64,000 nucleotides of DNA from Eledone cirrhosa. Taxonomy: Eukaryota. Location: contig OZ024757.1 in NCBI GenBank assembly GCA_964016885.1, positions 28,520,001-28,584,000 on the forward strand, given 5' to 3'. Below the pieces are notes generated by a model. That model had not been told where the DNA came from, did not search any database, and was given only the letters and a program-made list of their open reading frames with translations. Of the stretch, positions 41,721 through 55,441 are shown one piece after another. Numbering within the stretch: position 1 is the stretch's first letter; the number at the start of each line of letters is the position of its first letter. A program made the translations under genes and the position numbers.

Positions 41721-42431
41721 GTGAGTGAAAATGACAATATATATATATATATTTCAACATATTCGCTGTCTACGCATTTGGAGGTGTGTCCCTACAAAAT
41801 ATACATTATTAAGAAGGTTATGAGGAAACAAAGGCATGTGGTGGAAGGGATACTAAACTGTAATTAAGTCGATATAACATTGTTTTATCTTGTAATTAAG
41901 TCGTTATATATATATATGTAGAAGTTATATTTAATTTGTTGGGATACAACAAGCAAATATTTATATAACTGATATAAAGCACTCAACAAATTTTTGGAGT
42001 AAAAATACAATATATTAACAAATGGAAACTATATTTATAAAACCATATTTATTTCATTATACATATTTCAAGAATACCCAAGCAAATTATGAAAGCACAC
42101 CATAATTTGCTTTGGTGTCCTTGAAATATGTATAATGAAATAAATATGGTTTTATAAATATAGTTTCCATTTGTTAATATATTGTATATATATATATATG
42201 TGTGTGTGTGTGGCCTTGTTTCTGTGTATATGTATGTATAATTAGAGTGTAAGGCCCCCGTCCCCTTGTAACTGACTTTGTTTCATCGTAAATTCCGTAA
42301 GAGTTAGTGCCTATTGTGCAGATATAATATATTTTCCGAAACTGTACATAATGATTAGAGTGATAAAATTAACGTAAAATTTTCCCCTACGTTTTAATAT
42401 CTTTGTGTTATTTTGTCTACATATATACTCC

Positions 42432-42484
<53 letters not shown>

Positions 42485-42485
<1 letters not shown>

Positions 42486-42885
42486 CCTTCCGACCAACAA
42501 CTGATTCTTTTTTTCAAATACCACTTTGGAAGAAGAGTCAGGATGGAGAGAGAGGTGCTGTACCCCAGCAAGTTTTATGAAAGGTGGGTGAAACTGTCAA
42601 AATTGCCCGAATGAATGGGCCTTCTCTCTATATCAGCCTGTAGGTTGAGGGAAAAGAGGAAGAGAGGAAAGGGGTACAAACTCTTCGTACTCCTGGAGAT
42701 GAGGGTTGCACATTTTTTCGGGGGTATGTGTTACCCATATGAAATGTCTCCCCCTATTGGGGAAAATCGATTAACTTTTAAATTGTATTTGTGATAATAT
42801 TTTACACGTTTTTATTGTATGTAAACTTCCCCCTTTGTATTTGTCCCCTTCTTTTGTGCCCCTGTGGCTAATAAAGAAACATAGC
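42485..42885 (+). mobile_element. LINE 3' end, L1/Tx1-like
   Basis: Short coding remnant (FFKYHFGRRVRMEREVL...FYERWVK) followed by a 3' UTR ending AATAAAGAAA. Second copy at 48755-49027; both abut (CTAT)n. Clade assignment is inference. Confidence 0.55.
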
Positions 42886-42990
42886 TATAACTAGATATCT
42901 AAGTATAGAGTTGTGTAAAATCCCGACCGCGGCGCGAAGCTTTTGCTAACTATATTTATAACTATACACATATATGTGCATGTACGTGCG

Positions 42991-43048
<58 letters not shown>

Positions 43049-43176
43049 TACAGGGTGTCTCCCATAAATGTATACATACATGATTACCTGTACAGGCAAT
43101 ATTTATTAGAATGTACAGCCTTTGTGTATACATTTTTGGAGATACCCTGTGTATATATATGTATGTGCGCGTGCGC

Positions 43177-43216
<40 letters not shown>

Positions 43217-43236
43217 TTATGTATATATATATGTGT

Positions 43237-43276
<40 letters not shown>

Positions 43277-43337
43277 TTATGTATATATATATATATGTGT
43301 GTGTGTGTGTTTTTGTATATATATATATACATGTGTG

Positions 43338-43368
<31 letters not shown>

Positions 43369-43442
43369 TTATGTATATATATATATGTGTGTTTATGTAT
43401 ATATATATGTGTGTGTGTGTGTGTTTTTGTATATATATATAC

Positions 43443-43484
<42 letters not shown>

Positions 43485-43489
43485 TTATG

Positions 43490-43522
<33 letters not shown>

Positions 43523-43540
43523 TTTTGTATATATATATAC

Positions 43541-43575
<35 letters not shown>

Positions 43576-43884
43576 TGTATACATATATATACACATGTAT
43601 ACATATATATATATACATGTATACACATATATACATATATATATCTACATATATACATTGCTTTACGCTCTATTATTCTGTCCTTAACAAAAAACAATGA
43701 GTGAAAGCCAGGTGAAACAATGTCCCCAGTTCTGTCAATACAGGGGGAAGGTAAGAGGAGATCAATATAGATTCTATGGGAACAAAAACCTCAACATACA
43801 GCAAAGGTAGGGGGGGGGCAACTGACACAGCTGATACCTTAAACTTTAACAATGTCCTGTGGGTGGGGCAGCATGTTTGTGGTA

Positions 43885-45385
43885 TGGTGGTGGTGGTGGT
43901 GGTGGTGGCGTGATGTTGTTGCTGGTGGACTAGGTGGTGGTGGTGGTGGTGGTGGTCTTGATGGTGGTGGTGGTGGTGGTGGTGGTCTTGATGGTGGACT
44001 AGGTGGTGGTGGTCTTGGTGGTGGTGGTGGCGTGATGTTGTTGCTGGTGGACTAGGTGGTGGTGGTGATGTGGGTCTTGATGGTGGTGGTGGTGGTGGCG
44101 TGATGTTGTTGCTGGTGGACTAGGTGGTGGTGGTGGTGTGGGTCTTGATGGTGGTGGTGGTAGTGGTCTTGATGGTGTTGCTAGTGGTGGTGGTGGTGGT
44201 GGTGGTCTTGATAGTGGTGGTGGTGGTGGTGGTGATCTTGATGGTGTTGGAGGTGGTGGTGGTGGTGGTGGTGATCTTGATGGTGGACTAGGTGGTGGTG
44301 GTGGTGGTCTTGATGGTGTTGCTAGTGGTGGTGGTGGTGATCTTGATGGTGGACTAGGTGGTGGTGGTGGTGGTCTTGATGGTGTTGCTAGTGGTGGTGT
44401 TGGTGGTGGTGGTGATCTTGATGGTGGACTAGGTGGTGGTGGTCTTGATGGTGGACTAGGTGGTGGTGGTCTTGATGGTGGACTAGGTGGTGGTGGTGGT
44501 GGTCTTGATGGTGGACTAGGTGGTGGTGGTCTTGATGGTGGACTAGGTGGTGGTGGTCTTGATGGTGGACTAGGTGGTGGTGGTGGTGATCTTGATGGTG
44601 GACTAGGTGGTGGTGGTCTTGATGGTGGACTAGGTGGTGGTGGTCTTGATGGTGGACTAGGTGGTGGTGGTGGTGGTCTTGATGGTGGACTAGGTGGTGG
44701 TGGTCTTGATGGTGGACTAGGTGGTGGTGGTGGTGGTCTTGATGGTGGACTAGGTGGTGGTGGTGGTGGTCTTGATGGTGGACTAGGTGGTGGTGGTCTT
44801 GATGGTGGACTAGGTGGTGGTGGTGGTCTTGATGGTGGACTAGGTGGTGGTGGTCTTGATGGTGGACTAGGTGGTGGTCTTGATGGTGGACTAGGTGGTG
44901 GTGGTCTTGATGGTGGACTAGGTGGTGGTGGTGGTGGTCTTGATGGTGGACTAGGTGGTGGTGGTGGTGGTCTTGGTGGACTAGGTGGTGGTGGTGGTCT
45001 TGATGGTGGACTGGGTGGTGGTGTTGGTGGTGGTCTTGATGGTATTGCTGGTGGTGGTGGTGGTGGTGGTGGTGGTGATGTTGCTAGTGGTGGTGGTGGT
45101 TGTGATCTTGATGGTGGACTAGGTGGTTTTGGTGGTGGTGGTGGACTAGGTGGTGGTGGTGGTGGTTGTGGCGGTGTTGCTAGTGGTTTGGGTGGTGGTT
45201 GTGGTGATGGTGTTGCTAGTGGTCTTGGTGGTAGTGGTGGTGTTGTTTGTGGTCTTGGTGGTAGTGGTGGTGTTGTTTGTGGTCTTGGTGGTAGTGGTGG
45301 TGTTGTTTGTGGTCTTGGTGGTAGTGGTGGTGTTGTTTGTGGTCTTGGTGGTAGTGGTGGTGTTGTTTGTGGTCTTGGTGGTGAT
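43885..45385. repeat. GGT-based compound minisatellite (27-33 bp unit, then a 30 bp unit about 5 times)
   Basis: (ggtcttgatggtggacta(ggt)n) array followed by (ggtcttggtggtagtggtggtgttgtttgt)n. Confidence 0.93.
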
Positions 45386-48337
45386 GGTTGTTATTTTGTT
45401 GCTTGTAACCTTCGTGGTAGTGGTAGCTGTGGTGTTACTGGTGGACTTGGTGATTGTTCTTGTTGGTGGTATTGCTGTTGTTGGTGGTGATGATGGTTGT
45501 TTTTGGTAGTGATCATGGTAGTTGTTGTTGGTAGTGGTGATGATGATGATGATAGTTCTTGTTGTTGTTGGTGGTGATGGTGGTGGAGTTACTAAACATT
45601 CTACAGACATGTGCATGCGCCCTTAACATAATTCTCAGGGAGATTCAGCATGATACTGTGTGACAAAGTTGGTCTTTTGATTTACAGCTATAATCCATCC
45701 AATGGTAGTGAAGGTGTGTGTCCTAGTGGTCATAGTGTTAAATCTATGGCTTTAAGGTCATGGGTTCAATTCCTTGACTGGGCAGTGGTTTGTGCTCTTG
45801 AACAAAGTGCTTCATTCTATGCTGTTTTTCATGATAGAACTGGTGCCCCTCTATCATTGAAACACCCCAGGAAACTTCTGTGAGGTACAACCTCTTAAGG
45901 GCTGAACTAAACCTGTATAAATGACACCTGTAAATTTCATATTTTCTTTTTATATGATGGGCTTTCAAATAGTTTGTCTTGTAGATTACACTCATGAGGC
46001 AGACCACTAAATTCTCTCCATCCGATGGGGAGACCTCCCACCCGCTTTGGGGTGGGTGAAAGATGTCTTCTGTTGTGAAAATGGGTATAGCTTTCATTAT
46101 GTAAAATCTCCCTAGGGCGGTGGATTGGCAGTATCGGTGGAGGGTTGGACGCCATGCTTTCCAGCATAGTTACGTCACTTTACGATCTGAGTTCAAATCC
46201 CGCCGAGGTTGACTTTGCCTTTCATCCTTACGAGGTCGATAAAATAAAGTACCAGTAATGTAATGCACTGGGTAATTGCTGGCCTTGTGCCTAAAGTAGA
46301 AACAAATATGTAAAATCTCCCCATTTTGCCTCATTTCTCCCCTGTGGGGCACTTTTTTTCATGGTACTCCCCATTTAGGTTTTTAGAGGTTGGCAGGTCT
46401 GCACAAAGTTTAGTCTGACCTGAGACTATGGTAAATAACTCCATGCTCAAGATGCCATACAGTGGAATCGAGCACAAAACCTTATGATTGCAAAGCAAAC
46501 TTGTTAACCATGTAGCCATGCTGTGTCTACACATCAACAAGTATTGTGGAAGTAACTTGTAATAAATGAATGTTAGTAGCCACAACAAAACAGCAAAAAG
46601 AAGTATTTGACACATACGTGTATATACAAGTGTACATATATGGTATTTAAAGTACACACGTACAGCCTCTACATGATGGCTCAACCTGTCAGATATATAT
46701 AGATATATACACATCAAATGATGATATATATATATATATACATACATACAACACATACATCGTTGTCATGTATATATATAAATGTGTGTATGTTTGTGAG
46801 CATATATATATGTATGATATATATATATGTATGTATATATATATATATATACGAGTGTATGTATACATGTATGTATGTATGTATATATATATATATGTGT
46901 GTGTATGTATGTATACATATATGTATGAGATATATATATAGTTGTATGTGTATATATATATATACATATATGTACGATCAATATATATATATATATATAT
47001 ATATATAGTTGTGTGTGTATATATATATACATATATGTACGATCAATATATATATATATATATATAGTTGTGTGTGTGTATATATATAAGCAAGAATTAT
47101 GCACACTATGTGCACACATTATACCCACATTACACAGTCAATCTACTACCAAACAATGAAAGCCAGAGGTGTACCTATGGTGTTTTTGTGTATTCCTCTC
47201 CCTGTCTTTAGACTGGAGGAGGGCTCAGCTGGTGTCTGTCAAAACCCTACTACTTCCTCCACCCTTCTCTCACCCTTTGCCACCTTACTTGGGTGGGATG
47301 GGCCTTGCTCTGGTGTGCCACCCAACACTATTTCTTTGCACCCCACTCCCTCATATTTGGGACTAACGTTTTACACACACACACTCATATACATGCACAC
47401 ACACACCCTAGCATATACATACACTCATACATGCACACACACACAATGCATACATACACTCACACAAATAGGTACACACTCCCACACATTCACAAACACA
47501 CACTCCCACATATTCACAAACACACACTCCCACATATCATTTATCTCACTAATTCCATTATATGGTCACATTATCTGCTAAAAATAACAACCAAATCCGT
47601 TTCAAATCACATCCTATTGTCTTAATATTTTGCTTAGCAGCCAGAAGGCAACAAAGGTTTGCACTTAAAAATACAGTAAACATCATAAATATAGGGGTTA
47701 CATTACATGTAGGGCTGGACAGACAATGTTATATATAAGACAGTAAACGTAAATATAGGGGTTACAATACATGTAGGGCTGGACAGACAATGTTATATAA
47801 AAAGGGCATAGGAGTTTGTCTGGATTACATTTTAGTATTTTTGAAAAGGCAGGACACTTTAAGGAATGTAACCCCTGATATACAAGATAACCAGGCTGGT
47901 CATGGTTGGGATTTAACTCAATGATAGGCCTGCTTGATCAGGGTTCACCAGAGGGAGTTAAACAACAACACATCATCTATTTATTACAACAGCAAAGACA
48001 ATGAAGCAATATCAAAAGTATTGCCCACCCACCCTGTTATATACATTCTTCTCTGCCCCTAAAGCTGGGTACCTTTCCCTATTTGTTGCTCCCTTGCCAC
48101 CCACCATCTCACTCTTACAGCCACCCTGCCACACACCAGTTATATATCCCCCCCCCCCTACCATGTCTTTGCCCCACCCCTTCCATACAGTCTACTACAA
48201 TATACACTATATTAAAGTTATCCAATCAAAGGTTTAACACACACACTTACACAGCCAATATGGTTGTGTTGTTAAGGAGTTCACTTTGAAGCCATGTGAT
48301 TCTGCTTTCAGTCTCCTTGCATGTGTGTTCTACTATA

Positions 48338-48415
<78 letters not shown>

Positions 48416-48679
48416 AACATTTGCTTCTGCGTTCGTCTGTTATTTGTTTTCTGTTATTCCGAACTATACATATATATATAAATATATATACATAAATATA
48501 TGTAAACATATGTATTTATATATGCCTGTCTGTGTGTGTGTGTATTTATATATCATATCTACTGACGGATCTATCTACTTAATGCTATGATTTATACGCA
48601 CACACACCTATCTATATATATATTATACTGCCTATCAACTAACCACACATATCTATCTATCTATCTATCTATCTATTGG

Positions 48680-48736
<57 letters not shown>

Positions 48737-48754
48737 ATATATATATATATATAG

Positions 48755-49027
48755 GTGGGTGAATGTGGCAAAGATGGCCTGAGTGGTTGGGCCTTCTCTC
48801 TATATAAGCCTGTAGGTTGAGGAAAGAGAGGAAGGGAGTAGTCACTCTTGGTGCTCCTGGTGATGAGGGTTGTACATTTTTTCGGGGTGTGTAACGCCTC
48901 CCCCTTATTGGGGATTTCAATTGTTATTTGTTATTTTATTAATAGTTTTATTTTCATATACCTGTATGTAAACTCCCCATTTGTATTTGTCCCCTTCTTT
49001 TGTGCCCTTGTGGCTAATAAAGAAATT
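48755..49027 (+). mobile_element. LINE 3' end, same family as 42485-42885
   Basis: Shared gggccttctctctatat..gcctgtaggttgagg and tgtatttgtccccttcttttgtgccc.tgtggctaataaagaaa. Confidence 0.6.
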
Positions 49028-49029
49028 TA

Positions 49030-49553
49030 TCTATATATATATATATATATCATACTGCCAACCAACCACACACCTACCCATCTATATATATATATCATAC
49101 TGCCAACCATCCACACACCTACCCATCTATATATATATCATACTGCCAACCAACCACACACCTACCCATCTATATATATATATCATACTGCCAACCAACC
49201 ACACACCTACCCATCTATATATATATATCATACTACCAACCAACCACACACCTACCCATCTATATATATATCATACTGCCAACCAACCACACACCTACCC
49301 ATCTATATATATATATCATACTGCCAACCAACCACACACCTACCCATCTATATATATATATCATACTGCCAACCAACCACACACCTACCCATCTATATAT
49401 ATATCATACTGCCAACCAACCACACACCTACCCATCTATATATATATCATACTGCCAACCAACCACACACCTACCCATCTATATATATATCATACTGCCA
49501 ACCAACCACACACCTACCCATCTATATATATATATATCATACTGCCAACCAAC
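49030..49553. repeat. 43-49 bp minisatellite with internal variable (TA)n, about 12 copies
   Basis: Unit catactgccaaccaaccacacacctacccatc(ta)nt. Confidence 0.93.
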
Positions 49554-50240
49554 CCAGTTGTTTAATGAATTCCACTAATTACAGTATTTAGTGGAAGTTC
49601 CAGCTCATATTTTTCTCTATTTTCCTTCCTTCCTCTTCATCTTCATCTTCATCTTCAGCCTCATCACTCACCCCGCCACCCTCACTCCTTCCCTCCCTTC
49701 CTCCCTCTCTCTCTCGTTCACTGACCTCTACCTTCCCCCTCCTTCCCAAACTGATGTGCTCTTCCATCATATCTGACTCCAAACAAAATATGCCACACCT
49801 TGTGGTCATCCAGGTTGGTGGCGGTGTTGGTGCTGGTTGTGGTTGGTGGTGGCGGTGGTTGCGATGGTGGTGGTGGGTGTGTTGATGGTGGTGGTTGGTG
49901 GTGGTGGTGGTGTGTGTGGTGGTGGGTGTGGTGGTTGTAGTGGTGGTCGTGAGTGTTGTGGTGGTGGCAGTGGTGGCCATGGTGGTGGTGTTGGTGTTGG
50001 TGGAGAATTCTGAGAGTGAGAGAGAGATTCTCATGTTTTATTTTTATTTATTATGTTGTGTTTTTGTTGTTTCTTATTTTCTTCTCATGTAATTAGTTGT
50101 TTTGTTTATTCATATTTTCAAATTTCTCCATATTTTTTTAAATATTATATTGCATATTTTACTACCTTTTTTTCTTATATTTTTGTTCCCATTTTACTGA
50201 CGGATGCTTTACCACCATCATCATCATCATCATTATTATA

Positions 50241-50465
50241 AGGGCGGCGGATTGGCAGAATCGGTAGAGCGTCGGACAACATGCTTAGCGGCATAGAGTT
50301 ACGGTCATTTACATTCTGAGTTCAAATCCCACTGAGGTTAGCTTTGCTTTTCATCCTTATAGGAGTTGATAAAATAAAGTACCAGTAACACAGTGGGGTC
50401 GATCTAATCGACTTTCCCCTCCCCCAAAATTGTTAGCCTTGTGCCTAAATAAGAAAGAATTATTA
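50241..50465 (+). mobile_element. Abundant tRNA-like SINE family (representative copy)
   Basis: ggcggattggcagaatcggtagagcgtcgga...ctgagttcaaatccc...ctttcatccttac...gataaaataaagtaccagt...ccttgtgcctaaa. Other copies at about 1563, 7000-7380, 20480-20630, 30940-31070, 38235-38420, 39250-39350, 41240-41460, 46115-46305, 50470-50630, 51020-51200, 52198-52390, 53750-53830. Confidence 0.88.
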
Positions 50466-51868
50466 TCAGGGGATGGTGGATTGGCAGAATCATTAAAGCA
50501 TTGGACAAAATACTTAGTGGCATTTGTCCCAGCTCATTACGTTCTGAGTTCAAATCCTGTTGAAGTCAACTTTACCTTTCATCTGCCCAAGGTTGATAAA
50601 GTAAAAATCTAGTTAAGTACTGAGGTTAACTCTGACATTTATTATTCAAGGATTGGTAAAGTATTTAAAAACCATTTCCCCCATTAATGGGTTATCCATG
50701 GGCTAATGTTGTTTTACAGCTGGATACCCTTTCTAATATCGACCCTTTTAGTTGCTACATGTATTAGCCATGGGACAATGTTTTTTACAGCTGGATACCC
50801 TTTCTGATATGAACCCTTTTAGTTGCTTCATAGTAAATACCCCCTTCGGTCACAAATGACCATGGAATTTGCACCCAGAAAGTTTCCCTCTGAGGTACAA
50901 GTCCAGACAAGGTTTTTTGTGGAAGACCAGTAGTGACCCATATATAGTTACTTCATGACACACACAGATACAATGTATCTGTTCTAAACTGGTTAGACAC
51001 AATAATAATAATAATTTTTTTCTAACATCGGTGCACGACCTGAAATTTATGGCAGAGATATTTCTTCATTAAATCAACTCCAGTATTTGACTGGTATTTT
51101 ATTTTATTGACTTTGGAAGCATGAAAGGAAAAGTTAACCTTGATGGGATTTGAACTCATGAAAAGTCTGAACAAATTCCACAAAGAATTTTTTCTGATGC
51201 TAAAGTAGGAGTTAGACAAGGGGTCTTTTTTTAGACAGTGTTTTATTATCAGGTTCCCTTCCTGATACCAACCCATGTATTTGTGGTATAAGGGGTGTTG
51301 TTGATGGCTATGATGGCAGTGGTGCCGATGGTACCAGTGGCGGTGGTTTGTGGTGCAAGTAGTACTGGTAGTCGCAGTGGTGGTTGGCAGTAGTGGGACT
51401 GTTGATGGTTGGGGTATTAGTGGTAGTGTTGGTGGTATTGGTGGTGCCAGTTGTACTGGTGGAGGTGGTGGTCGATTATGAAATTGTGTGTATGAGAGAC
51501 AGGGAGATTATTTATCATATATTGAGAAATGAAATAGTCTAGAGAGGAAACTCATCTGTTTTATCTGGCCCACACCACCTCCCATCCTCACTCATACTCC
51601 CAACAAGACAGACTGTCAGGCATAGACCAGTAAGATGTTATTAAGGCGGTGAGAAATGATCATCTTGAGATCAATCATAACTTGTGTGTCTTAACACTTA
51701 ACATCCTGTAATGATTCAGCAGAAAATATTTAGAAATGAGTTTGTTAATTCAAATGTTTATAATATCTTTACTAGTGGAGATTGTTAAATTTAGCAGCAT
51801 TAGAATAGAGACTGCAATATTTCACAACATGTAATGATTCAGCAGAAAATATCTAAAAATGTGTTTAA

Positions 51869-52089
51869 CCATTTAGCATTTACATTACTCTATATATACT
51901 TTTGTATTTTCACAGTAAAGGCTTTACCTCTCATAATTATCTCACATTATATCAGATCTATGAGATTTTGATATTATTTATTTTGAGAACAATACCTTAA
52001 CATTAGTATGAGCAGCCAATTACAGCCAGTTTGAACAGAAACCAGTAAGAGAATTCTGGCCAGATACGACCGGTTTAAATGCTAAAGGG
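51869..52089. mobile_element. piggyBac-type MITE (family A, longest copy)
   Basis: TTAA|ccatttagcattta ... taaatgctaaaggg|TTAA. Confidence 0.85.
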
Positions 52090-53424
52090 TTAACTTTTAA
52101 AATCCTGCAATGATTTTAGCAGAAAATATCTGAAAGCCAGTTTGTTAATTCAAATGTTTTTAGTATCTTTACAGCTATTATTAATATTATTATTACTAGG
52201 GTGGTGGATTGGCAGTATCGGTAGAGGGTCGGACGCCATGCTTTGATGCATAGAGTTACGGCCCTTGCCTCTGAGTTCAAATCCCGCTGAGGTTAACTTT
52301 ACCTTTCATCCTTACGGGGTCGATTAAATAAAGTACCAGTAATACACTGGAATAATTGCTGGCCTTGTGCCAAAAGTAGAAACAATTAATATTACTATTA
52401 CTACTCTTCATATGATGATGAGGAGGAGGGAGAGGAGGAAGAGGGGAGTAGTGGGGAGGGATATTCTGTTATTAATTCGTTTCTTCTCTTGTTTAGTTTT
52501 GTCAGTTTTGGTTTTCAGAAAATGAGGAAATAATTCTATGGTTTGGTTTTGTTCTTGACTTCGAGGTCAACGTACTCTACACACATACATATATCTTACA
52601 CATATATATATTTACACACACACACATACATATACACACTATACACACAAATACACTGCACAAATACACTGCACAAACACATATATACACTCTACATACA
52701 CGCATACATACATACATACAGCATACACGTATATATATATATTTACACATGCATATATACACACACACACACACATACATACGTACAAACAGCATACACA
52801 TATATACATATTTTTACATATGGATATACACACACATACATAAAATGTACATACACACACATAGTATATCTGTGTGGATGCAGGTATGGCCGAGTGCTTA
52901 AGGAGTTTGCTTCACTATCATGAGGTATTAGGTTCAATCCCACAGTGTCTAATCTTGGACAAGTGTCTTTTCCATGGGTTTGTGTATCTCTACTTCAGTT
53001 GTACGTCACTGTTTCTCTCTCCAGGCCTAAAAGCCCTAATCCATCCCTCAGTCATATCCCTTATATGTTGTCTGTGTGTATCTTCTAAGCCTAGTAAAAT
53101 CAACTGGTTGATCACAGTATTGTAACTCCACTATATATATATATATATATATATATAGCGGCGATGAATTAGTTTAGCGAGGTTTTTTATATGAAATCGT
53201 GTGTCGAAACAAATATTGTTATACTTGGGGAGGGTCATATTTGTGTAATATTGCCAGAATTAATAACAGAACACACTCACTGTTTGGTTGGTTTTCGCTT
53301 CTCGCTGTCTTTTATATCTGCGATCTAACTTACTCGGTCCTCAATGTTGCCATTGACTGACCGACGGTCAAAAATAATACAGATACAATATAGACACAAA
53401 CACATATATATAGTTTACATAATT

Positions 53425-53468
53425 TACATAAATCTTTCGTTGCACATCTGCAACATCGTCAGTGGTGT
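53425..53468 (-). ncRNA. Partial hammerhead motif
   Basis: Minus strand: acacca-CTGACGA-t-gttgca gatg tgcaac-GAAA-gattt. Perfect 6 bp stem II; the 3' strand of stem I is not recognisable. Confidence 0.45.
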
Positions 53469-53565
53469 TATATTTTTTCCTCCTGTTGTGTTGTATGTCT
53501 ACGCCATTTTTTATTCAGTCTGTCTATTCTGGCAATATTACACAAATATGACCCTCCCCAAGTAT

Positions 53566-53600
<35 letters not shown>

Positions 53601-54300
53601 TACTTCTATTAAAATGTTTTCTCCTCCTGTTGTGTTTGTATCCACTGTGGGTGGAAACATATCAATGTATGTACTGAACATTAAATACTCTCAGGTATTT
53701 TTAATAAAATGTTTGCTCCTCCTGTTATGTTTGTTTGCCTGTTCCTCGTTTTGTTTCATGGGGTCGATAAAATAAAGTACCAGTAATGCACTGGATAATT
53801 GCTGGGCTTGTGCCAATAGTAGAAACAATTATTTTTTCTACACCAACTGGTCTGTCTTTGGTTTCTCCCTGTGATACAATTATGGGTTGAGGTTTATTTC
53901 TGCCACTGGAAAAAAAAACCCCGGAAAGTTGTCCAGAGTGGACAACTGAAAAACAGAAACATTTGTTTGTGTCTTGTCCTGTTTTCTAATTGATTTAGTA
54001 CTACATACCCTAACATAGCATAGTTCATTCTCCTCTCTGAAACCTTGACTCACTATACACACACACACATGCATATATATATAACATTATCATTGTTTAA
54101 TGTCCATCTTCCACGCTAACATAGGTTCTATGGTTTTGTTCCATTTGATGCGGGAATGGTTGGGAGACCGTGTCTTGCTCGTACATATACACACACACAT
54201 ATATATAATATATATATACACACACACGCATATATCTATACACATGCACACACACTTCTATATATATACGTACCTTATTGTATTTTCTGTACTATTTCAG

Positions 54301-54398
54301 CAGTGTTACCCGACCGCTATTCCATAGAGAGCCATTTGTTGAACCGGTCACATCTCTTCCCAGAGCCTGGCTTTTCTGAGGGAGACAGCATATTGCAG
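54301..54398 (+). CDS. Candidate internal coding exon (xA-VLPDRYSIESHLLNRSHLFPEPGFSEGDSILQ), product unidentified
   Basis: Polypyrimidine acceptor tattttctgtactatttcag; donor CAG|GTGAGT; 98 nt of unique, GC-balanced sequence; only one open frame (phase 1 in, phase 0 out). Confidence 0.62.
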
Positions 54399-54444
54399 GT
54401 GAGTAAAGATGTTGTTGCTGTAACAATAGTACTCTTAAGGAGGC

Positions 54445-54514
<70 letters not shown>

Positions 54515-54558
54515 ATCATCATCACCATTTTACATCCATTCTTCCACACTAGCGTGGG

Positions 54559-54628
<70 letters not shown>

Positions 54629-54837
54629 AGAGTAATATTATATATTACGCTGTTACAAGTATGGATATAGCTCGATGTAAAATAATAATTATAATACAGA
54701 GCTGAAATACAATGTAAATGATAATCAAAGAGTATTTAATCTTTCAAACACGATGAAACGATCGTTAGTTGTTAAATGTTTGAAAGATTAAATGCTCTTT
54801 GATTATTATATACATTGTGTGTATACATATATATATA

Positions 54838-55245
54838 TTTTAACAAAATTATTAACCATCTTACCAACAACAACCCTGAGCACCTTTTTGATTTCCATGT
54901 ATCTAACACATTTGGACATGTCCACAAAGTCAGAAAACAGCACAGCTCCCATGACTTTCGGAAACATTTTTTCACGCTCAGAGTTGTTGAAGCATGGAAC
55001 AAACTACCTGCATCAGTTGTTAGCTGTTGAGACACTGCATCCTTCAAAACCTCCATGCTTCCTGAGATTCGCCAACACTACACCTAATATTCCCCCTCCA
55101 TACACATGCACAGATGTATATCATGACTCATACACTATTCACTTCCCTGACATTTGTATATTATTCTATGCACTATACATGCACCTTTGACGAGTTGTAG
55201 TGCACCTGAGCACTTTACACAATAATTTCATTATTATTATTATTA
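54838..55245 (+). mobile_element. CR1-clade LINE 3' end
   Basis: GHVHKVRKQHSSHDFRKHFFTLRVVEAWNKLPASVV matches the CR1 ORF2 C-terminal motif; (ATT)n tail. Confidence 0.85.
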
Positions 55246-55349
55246 CTATATATGCATGCTTAGTCCCTTTACTTTTATTTTAGGGCAATTAAGTTCTGCT
55301 TATGTATAAATGCATGTGTATATATATATACACGAGTCTACATGTTAAA

Positions 55350-55441
55350 ACATATCTGAGGAGCTTCCAATTCCAGTGTCAGGTTCAATCATTAATAGAT
55401 TGTTCCTCGAGCTGATTGACAGTGAAACATATGTAATATGT
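55350..55441 (+). ncRNA. Type I hammerhead motif with extended stem II/loop
   Basis: acatat-CTGAGGA-gct...(61 nt stem II region)...agt-GAAA-catatg-TA-atatgt. Stem I 6 bp perfect; palindromic stem III ACATATGT; predicted GUA cleavage after 55435. Confidence 0.72.

Noticed and set aside
49030-49553. CRISPR-like appearance of regular repeats (also 21455-21781)
   Set aside because: No unique spacers, no cas genes, eukaryotic context.
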